DNA of 64,000 bases from Mobula hypostoma (Eukaryota), in assembly GCF_963921235.1 (NCBI RefSeq), contig NC_086108.1, positions 22,816,001-22,880,000 of the forward strand, read 5' to 3'. The notes below the pieces were generated by a model. The model was given only the letters and a program-made list of their open reading frames with translations. It was not told where the DNA came from and searched no databases. Positions 53,701 through 64,000 of the stretch are shown here, piece by piece; the stretch's first letter is position 1; each line of letters starts with the position of its first letter. Both the position numbers and the translations under genes were made by a program.

Positions 53701-56700
53701 GACCCACTCAGCTTACCACTCCAACCCCATGAACTGACCCACTCACCATTCCACTCCAACCCCATGAACTGGCCACTCATCTTACCATTCCATTCCAATC
53801 CCATGAACTGACGCACTAACCTTACCATCCCAAACCCATGAACTGACACCCTCACCTTACCATTCCATCACCATGAACTGTCCCACTCAGCATTCCACTC
53901 CAACCCCATGAACTGGCCACTCATCTTACCATTCCATTCCAATCCCATGAACTGACGCACTAACCTTACCATCCCAAACCCATGAACTGACACCCTCACC
54001 TTACCATTCCATCACCATGAACTGTCCCACTCAGCATTCCACTCCAACCCCATGAACTGAACCAGTGACCTGACACTTCAACCCCATGAACTGACCCACT
54101 CACCTTACCATCCAACCCCATAAACTGACCCACTCTCCTCACCACTCCAACTCCATGAACTGACCCACTCACCTTACCATTCCACTCCAACCCCATGAAC
54201 TGACCCACTCACCTTACCATTCCACTCCAACCCCATGAACTGACCCACTCACCTTACCATTCCACACCGACCCCACGAACTGACCCACTCACCTGACCAT
54301 TCCATCCCCCTAAACTGACCCACTAACCTTATCATTCGAACCGCATGAACTGACCAACTCACCATTCCACACCGACCCCACGAACTGACCCACTCACCTG
54401 ACCATTCCATCCCCCTAAACTGACCCACTCCGCTTACCACTCCAACCCAATGAACTGACCAACTCACCTTACCACTCCAACCCCATGAACTGACCCACTC
54501 ACCTTACTATTCCAACCCCATGAACTGACCCACTCACCATTCCACTCCAACCCCATGAACTGATCCATTCACCTTACCATCCTATTCCAACCCCATGAAC
54601 TGACCTACTCACTTTACCATCCCAACCCAACCCCATGAACTGATCCACTCACCTTTCCACTCCAATCCCATGTACTGGCCACTCATCTTAACATTCCATT
54701 CCAATCCCATGAACTGACGCACTCACCTTATCATCCCAACCCCAGGAATGACCCACTCACCTTACCATTCCATTCCAATCCCCATGAACTGACCTACTCA
54801 GCTTACCACTCCAACCACATGAACCGACCCACTCACTTTACCATTCCAAAGCCATGAAGTGACCCACTCAGCTTACCACTCCAACCCCATGAACTGACCC
54901 ACTCACCATTCCACTCCAAGCCGATGAACTGATCCATTCACCTGACCATCCTATTCCAACCCCATGAACTGACCTACTCACTTTACCATCCCAACCCAAC
55001 CCCATGAACTGATCCACTCACCTTTCCACTCCAACCCCATGAACTGGCCACTCATCTTACCATTCCATTCCAATCCCATGAACTGACGCACTCACCTTAC
55101 CATCTCAACCCCAGGAAGTGACCCACTCACCTTACCAATCCAACCCCTTGAATTAACCCACTCACTATTCCACTTCAACCCCATGAACTGACCACTCAAC
55201 TTACTATTCCACTCCAACCCCATGAACTGAACCAGTGACCTTACACTTCAACCCCATGAACTGACCCACTCAAAACTGACCCACTCTCCTCACCACTCCA
55301 ACCCCATGAACAGACCCTCTCACCTTACCATTCCAACCCCACCAACTGACCCAATCACCTTGCCATTCGAACCCCATGAACTGACCCACTCACCTTACCA
55401 TTCCAACCCCATGAACTGACCTACTCAGCTTACCATTCCAACCACATGAACTGACCCACTCACTGTACCATTCCAAAACCATGAAATAACCCACTCAGCT
55501 TACCACTCCAACCCCATGAACTGACCCACTCACCATTCCCTCCAACCCCATGAACTGAACCACTCAACTTACACATCAACCCCATGAACTGACCCACTCA
55601 CCTTACCAATCCAACCCCTTGAATTAACCCACTCACCATTCCATACAACCCCATGAACTGACCACTCAACTTACCATTCCATCCCAACCCCATGAACCGA
55701 CACCCTCACCTTACCATTCCAAACCAACCCCATGAATTGACCCATTCACCTTTCCATTACAAACCCATGAACTGACCCACTCACCTTAGCTTTCCAACCC
55801 CGTGATCTGACCCACTCACCTTACCATTGCAATCCCATGAACTGACCCACTCACGTCACTATTCCAAACCAACCCAATTAACTGACCCACTCACCGTACC
55901 ATTCCATTCCAACCCCATGAACTTAGCCACTAAACTGACCACTCCAAACCAACCCCATGAACTGACCCACTCACCTTACCAGTATAACCCAATGAACTGC
56001 CCCACTCAACTTTCCATTCCAACCCTATGAACTGACCCACTTACCTTACCATTCTATTCCAACACCATGGACTAACCCACTCACCTTACCATTCCAACCC
56101 CATGAACTGACCCATTCACCTTACCATTCAACTCCAACCCCATGAACTGACCCATTCACCTTACCATTCAACTCCAACCCCATGAACTTTCCCTCTCGCC
56201 TTAGTATTCCAACCCCATGAACTGACCCACTCAGCTTACCATTCCACACCGACCCCATGAACTGATCCACTCACCTTACCATTCCATCCCCATAAACTGA
56301 CCCACTTACCATTCCGCTCCAACCCTAGGAAATGAGCCACTCCGCTTACCACTCCAACCCAATGAACTGACTAACTCACCTTACCACTCCAATCCCATGA
56401 ACTGACCCACTCACCTTTCCATTCCACTCTAACCCCATGAACTGGCCACTCATCTTACCATTCCACTCCAACCCCATGAACTGACGCACTCACCTTACCA
56501 TCCCAACCCCAGGAAGTGACCCACTCACCTTACCATTCCAATCCACCCCAATGAACTGACCCACTCAGCATACCATTCGAAACCAACCACAAGAACTGAC
56601 CCACTCACCTTACCATTCCATTCCAATCCCCATGAACTGACCTACTCAGCTTACCACTCCAACCACATGAACCGACCCACTCACCTTACCATTCCACACC

Positions 56701-59700
56701 GACCCCACGAACTGACCCACTCACCTGACCATTCCATCCCCCTAAACTGACCCACTCACCTTACCATTCGAACCGCATGAACTGACCAACTCACCTTTCC
56801 ACTCCAACCCCATGAACTGACCCACTTACCATTCTGCTCCAACCCCAGGAAATGACCCACTCCGCTTACCACTCCAACCCAATGAACTGACCAACTCACC
56901 TTACCACTCCAACCCCATGAACTGACCCACTCACCATTCCACTCCAACCCCATGAACTGATCCATTCACCTTACCATCCTATTCCAACCCCATGAACTGA
57001 CCTACTCACTTTACCATCCCAACCCAACCCCATGAACTGACCTACTCACCTTACCACTCCAACCACATGAACCGACCCACTCACTTTACCATTCCAAAGC
57101 CATGAAATGACCCACTCAGCTTACCACTCCAACCCCATGAACTGACTCACTCACCATTCCACTCCAACCCCATGAACTGGCCACTCATCTTACCATTCCA
57201 TTCCAATCTCATGAACTGACGCACTAACCTTACCATCCCAACCCCATGAACTGACACCCTCACCTTACCATTCCATCACCATGAACTGTCCCACTCACCA
57301 TTCCACTCCAACCCCATGAACTGAACCAGTGACCTGACACTTCAACTCCATGAACTGACCCACTCACCTTACCATTCCACTCCAACCCCATGAACTGACC
57401 CACTCACCTTACCATTCCACTCCAACCCATGAACTGACCCACTCACCTTACCATTCCACACAGACCCCACGAACTGACCCACTCACCTGACCATTCCATC
57501 CCCTAAACTGACCCACTCACCTTACCATTCGAACCGCATGAACTGACCAACTCACCTTTCCACTCCAAGCCGATGAACTGATCCATTCACCTGACCATCC
57601 TATTCCAACCCCATGAACTGACCTACTCACTTTACCATCCCAACCCAACCCCATGAACTGATCCACACACCTTTCCACTCCAACCCCATGAACTGGCCAC
57701 TCATCTTACCATTCCATTCCAATCCCATGAACTGACGCACTCACCTTACCATCTCAACCCCAGGAAGTGACCCACTCACCTTACCAATCCAACCCCTTGA
57801 ATTAACCCACTCACTATTCCACTTCAACCCCATGAACTGACCACTCAACTTACTATTCCACTCCAACCCCATGAACTGAACCAGTGACCTTACACTTCAA
57901 CCCCATGAACTGACCCACTCAAAACTGACCCACTCTCCTCACCACTCCAACCCCATGAACAGACCCTCTCACCTTACCATTCCAACCCCACCAACTGACC
58001 CAATCACCTTGCCATTCGAACCCCATGAACTGACCCACTCACCTTACCATTCCAACCCCATGAACTGACCTACTCAGCTTACCATTCCAACCACATGAAC
58101 TGACCCACTCACTGTACCATTCCAAAACCATGAAATAACCCACTCAGCTTACCACTCCAACCCCATGAACTGACCCACTCACCATTCCCTCCAACCCCAT
58201 GAACTGAACCACTCAACTTACACATCAACCCCATGAACTGACCCACTCACCTTACCAATCCAACCCCTTGAATTAACCCACTCACCATTCCATACAACCC
58301 CATGAACTGACCACTCAACTTACCATTCCATCCCAACCCCATGAACCGACACCCTCACCTTACCATTCCAAACCAACCCCATGAATTGACCCATTCACCT
58401 TTCCATTACAAACCCATGAACTGACCCACTCACCTTAGCTTTCTAACCCCGTGATCTGACCCACTCACCTTACCATTGCAATCCCATGAACTGACCCACT
58501 CACGTCACCATTCCAAACCAACCCAATTAACTGACCCACTCACCGTACCATTCCATTCCAACCCCATGAACTTAGCCACTAAACTGACCACTCCAAACCA
58601 ACTCCATGAATTGACCCATTCAGCTTACTACTGCACTCCAACCCCATCAACTGACCCACTGACCTTACCATTCTAACCCCGTGAACTGACCCACTCACCT
58701 TACCATTCCAAATCAACCCAATGAGCTGAACCACTCACCTTACCATTCCATTCCAAACCCCATGAACTGACCCACTCACCTGACCGGTCCAAACCAACCC
58801 CATGAACTGACCCATTTTCCTTACCACTCCAACCCCATGAAATGACCCACTCGGCTGACCACTCCAAACCCATGAACTGACCCACTCACCTTACCATTCC
58901 AACCACTTGAATTGACCCCTTCACCTTACTATTCCATCCCCATGAAATGACCCACTCACCTCACCATTCCACTCCAACCCCATAAACTGACCATTCACCT
59001 TACCATTACATTCCAACCCCATGAACTGTCGCACGCACCTTACTATCCCAACCCTATGAACTGAGCCACTCACCTTTCCATTCTGACCCCATGAACTGAC
59101 CCACTCACCTTACCATTCCAAATCAACCCAATGAGCTGAACCACTCACCTTACCATTCCATTCCAAACCCCATGAACTGACCCACTCACCTGACCGGTCC
59201 AAACCAACCCCATGAACTGACCCATTTTCCTTACCACTCCAACCCCATGATCTGACCCACTCAGCTGACCACTCGAACCCCATGAACTACCCACTCACCT
59301 TACCATTCCAACCACTTGAATTGACCCCTTCACCTTACTATTCCATCCCCATGAAATGACCCACTCACCTCACCATTCCACTCCAACCCCATAAACTGAC
59401 CACTCACCTTACCATTACATTCCAACCCCATGAACTGTCGCACGCACCTTACTATCCCAACCCTATGAACTGAGCCACTCACCTTTCCATTCTGAACCCA
59501 TGAACTGACCCACTCACCTTAGCTTTCCAACCCCATGATCTGACCCACTCACCTTAGCATTGCAACCCCATGAACTGACCGACTCACCTTACCATTCCAA
59601 CCCAACCCCATGAACTGACCCACTCACCTTACCATTCCATTCCAACCCCCAGGAACTGACCCACTCACCTGACCACTTCAAACCAACCCCATGAACTGAC

Positions 59701-62700
59701 CCATTCACCTTACCACTCCAACCCCATGAACTGACCCACTCACCTTGCCATTCCAAACCAACCCCATGAGTTGACCCATTCAGCTTTATTCCGTTCCAAA
59801 CCCCATGAACTGACCCACTCACCTTACCATTCCATTCCAACCCGCAGGAACTGACCCACTCACCTGACCACTTCAAACCAACCCCATGAACTGAGCCATT
59901 CACCTTACCACTCCAACCCCATGAACTGACCCACTCACCTTGCCATTCCAAACCAACCCCATGAGTTGACCCATTCAGCTTTATTCCGTTCCAAACCCCA
60001 TGAACTGACCCACTCACCTTACCGCTCGAACCCAACTCCATGAACTGTCCCTCTCGTCTTAGTATTCCAACCCCATGAACTGACCCACTCACCTTACCAT
60101 GCCACCCCAACCCCATGATCTGACTCTCTCACCTTACCATTCCACACCGACCCCATGAACTGACCCACTGACCTTACCATTCCATCCCCATAAACTGACC
60201 CACTCACCTTACCATTTGAACCGCATGAACTGACCCACTCACCTTACTATTCCAACCCCATGAACTGACCCACTCACCATTCCACTCCAACCCCATGAAC
60301 TGACCTCGCACCTTACTTTTCCAACCCCATGAACTGTCCCACCCACCTTACCATTCCATTCCAATCCCATGAACTGACCCACTCACCTTACCAGTATAAC
60401 CCAATGAACTGCCCCACTCAACTTTCCATTCCAACCCTATGAACTGACCCACTTACCTTACCATTCTATTCCAACACCATGGACTAACCCACTCACCTTA
60501 CCATTCCAACCCCATGAACTGACCCACTCAGCTTAACACTCCAACCCCATGAACTGACCCATTCACCTTACCATTCAACTCCAACCCCATGAACTTTCCC
60601 TCTCGCCTTAGTATTCCAACCCCATGAACTGACCCACTCAGCTTACCATTCCACACCGACCCCATGAACTGACCCACTCACCTTACCATTCCATCCCCAT
60701 AAACTGACCCACTTACCATTCCGCTCCAACCCTAGGAAATGACACACTCCGGTCACCACTCCAACCCAATGAACTGACTAACTCACCTTACCACTCCAAT
60801 CCCATGAACTGACCCACTCACCTTACTATTCCAACCCCATGAACTGACCCACTCACCATTCCACTCCAACCCCATGAACTGATCCATTCACCTTACCATC
60901 CCATTCCAACCCCATGAACTGACCTACTCACTTTACCATCCCAAACCAACCCTATGTACTGATCCATTCACCTTTCCATTCCACTCTAACCCCATGAACT
61001 GGCCACTCATCTTACCATTCCATTCCAACCCCATGAACTGACGCACTCACCTTACCATCCCAACCCCAGGAAGTGACCCACTCACCTTACCATTCCAATC
61101 CACCCCAATGAACTGACCCACTCAGCATACCATTCGAAACCAACCACAAGAACTGACCCACTCACCTTACCATTCCATTCCAATCCCCATGACTGGCCTA
61201 CTCAGCTTACCACTCCAACCACATGAACCGACCCACTCACCTTACCATTCCACACCGACCCCACGAACTGACCCACTCACCTGACCATTCCATCCCCCTA
61301 AACTGACCCACTCACCTTACCATTCGAACCGCATGAACTGACCAACTCACCTTTCCACTCCAACCCCATGAACTGACCCACTTACCATTCCGCTCCAACC
61401 CCAGGAAATGACCCACTCCGCTTACCACTCCAACCCAATGAACTGACCAACTCACCTTACCACTCCAACCCCATGAACTGACCCACTCACCATTCCACTC
61501 CAACCCCATGAACTGATCCATTCACCTTACCATCCTATTCCAACCCCATGAACTGACCTACTCACTTTACCATCCCAACCCAACCCCATGAACTGATCCA
61601 CTCACCTTTCCACTCCAATCCCATGTACTGGCCACTCATCTTACCATTCCATTCCAATCCCATGAACTGACGCACTCACCTTACCATCCCAACCCCAGGA
61701 AGTGACCCACTCACTTTACCATTCCATTCCAATCCCCATGAACTGACCCACTCACCTTACCATTCCAAACCGACCACAAGAACTGACCCACTCACCTTAC
61801 CATTCCAACCCAGCCCCATTAAATGACCCACTCACCTTACCATTCCAACCCCATGAACTGACCTACTCAGCTTACCACTCCAACCACATGAACCGACCCA
61901 CTCACTTTACCATTCCAAAACCATGAAATGACCCACTCAGCTTACCACTCCAACCCCATGAACTGACCCACTCACCATTCCACTCCAACCCCATGAACTG
62001 GCCACTCATCTTACCATTCCATTCCAATCCCATGAACTGACGCACTAACCTTACCATCCCAACCCCATGAACTGACACCCTCACCTTACCATTCCATCAC
62101 CATGAACTGTCCCACTCACCATTCCACTCCAACCCCATGAACTGAACCAGTGACCCGACACTTCAACCCCATGAACTGACCCACTCACCTTACCATCCAA
62201 CCCCATAAACTGACCCACTCTCCTCACCACTCCAACTCCATGAACTGACCCACTCACCTTACCATTCCACTCCAACCCCATGAACTGACCCACTCACCTT
62301 ACCATTCCACTCCAACCCCATGAACTGACCCACTCACCTTACCATTCCACACCGACCCCACGAACTGACCCACTCACCTGACCATTCCATCCCCTAAACT
62401 GACCCACTCACCTTACCATTCGAACCGCATGAACTGACCAACTCACCTTTCCACTCCAAGCCGATGAACTGATCCATTCACCTGACCATCCTATTCCAAC
62501 CCCATGAACTGACCTACTCACTTTACCATCCCAACCCAACCCCATGAACTGATCCACACACGTTTCCACTCCAACCCCATGAACTGGCCACTCATCTTAC
62601 CATTCCATTCCAATCCCATGAACTGACGCACTCACCTTACCATCTCAACCCCAGGAAGTGACCCACTCACCTTACCAATCCAACCCCTTGAATTAACCCA

Positions 62701-64000
62701 CTCACTATTCCACTTCAGCCCCATGAACTGACCACTCAACTTACTATTCCACTCCAACCCCATGAACTGAACCAGTGACCTTACACTTCAACCCCATGAA
62801 CTGACCCACTCAAAACTGACCCACTCTCCTCACCACTCCAACCCCATGAACAGACCCTCTCACCTTACCATTCCAACCCCACCAACTGACCCAATCACCT
62901 TGCCATTCGAACCCCATGAACTGACCCACTCACCTTACCATTCCAACCCCATGAACTGACCTACTCAGCTTACCATTCCAACCACATGAACTGACCCACT
63001 CACTGTACCATTCCAAAACCATGAAATAACCCACTCAGCTTACCACTCCAACCCCATAAACTGACCCACTCACCATTCCCTCCAACCCCATGAACTGAAC
63101 CACTCAACTTACACATCAACCCCATGAACTGACCCACTCACCTTACCAATCCAACCCCTTGAATTAACCCACTCACCATTACATACAACCCCATGAACTG
63201 ACCACTCAACTTACCATTCCATCCCAACCCCATGAACCGACACCCTCACCTTACCATTCCAAACCAACCCCATGAATTGACCCATTCACCTTTCCATTAC
63301 AAACCCATGAACTGACCCACTCACCTTAGCTTTCCAACCCCGTGATCTGACCCACTCACCTTACCATTGCAATCCCATGAACTGACCCACTCACCGTACC
63401 ATTCCATTCCAACCCCATGAACTTAGCCACTAAACTGACCACTCCAAACCAACCCCATGAACTGACCCACTCACCTTACCAGTATAACCCAATGAACTGC
63501 CCCACTCAACTTTCCATTCCAACCCTATGAACTGACCCACTTACCTTACCATTCTATTCCAACACCATGGACTAACCCACTCACCTTACCATTCCAACCC
63601 CATGAACTGACCCATTCACCTTACCATTCAACTCCAACCCCATGAACTGACCCATTCACCTTACCATTCAACTCCAACCCCATGAACTTTCCCTCTCGCC
63701 TTAGTATTCCAACCCCATGAACTGACCCACTCAGCTTACCATTCCACACCGACCCCATGAACTGACCCACTCACCTTACCATTCCATCCCCATAAACTGA
63801 CCCACTTACCATTCCGCTCCAACCCTAGGAAATGAGCCACTCCGCTTACCACTCCAACCCAATGAACTGACTAACTCACCTTACCACTCCAATCCCATGA
63901 ACTGACCCACTCACCTTACTATTCCAACCCCATGAACTGACCCACTCACCATTCCACTCCAACCCCATGAACTGATCCATTCACCTTACCATCCCATTCC
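35768..64000. repeat. Tandem satellite array; consensus 35-mer AACCCCATGAACTGACCCACTCACCTTACCATTCC, with 40-bp variants
   Basis: Continuous tandem monomers for more than 28 kb (roughly 750 copies, estimated from length). Length variants mostly gain or lose one pentamer (ATTCC/ACTCC/AATCC/AACCC or CTTAC). Confidence 0.98.

Noticed and set aside
37969..62293. Numerous Gly/Trp/Ser- or Pro/His/Thr-rich ORFs in the satellite
   Set aside because: They are short and repetitive, occur on both strands and track monomer length variants; the 35-bp unit shifts frame every copy.
35768..64000. CRISPR-like array (regular ~35-bp period)
   Set aside because: Monomers are directly adjacent with no unique spacers, there are no cas genes, and the context is vertebrate.
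35768..64000. Telomeric (CCCTAA)n repeat
   Set aside because: C-rich, but there are no tandem CCCTAA hexamers; the periodicity is 5/35.

Overview
Eukaryotic (vertebrate) genomic DNA, probably a cartilaginous fish such as a ray or shark; that assignment is inferred from the repeat repertoire only. No intact, recognisable host gene is present. Bases 1-35.7 kb are a nested graveyard of decayed transposons: CR1-type LINEs with a zinc-finger plus SGNH-esterase ORF1, Rex1/Babar-like LINE fragments, an internally deleted hAT (Buster/Charlie-like) element with an 8-bp TSD, a solo LTR, a SINE, and a Penelope-like element with a degenerate hammerhead ribozyme. The most notable local feature is a 3'-truncated retrocopy of a divergent U1 snRNA variant with stem-preserving substitutions (19822-19949), flanked by an exact 56-bp direct repeat. 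There is also a weak two-exon small-ORF candidate (21641-21851 joined to 27292-27582). From about 35.77 kb to the end is an uninterrupted >28-kb satellite with a 35/40-bp pentamer-built monomer, extreme strand asymmetry and irregular kb-scale higher-order duplications. Its minus strand carries a consensus 5' splice-site motif in most monomers. Element boundaries without a stated TSD are approximate.
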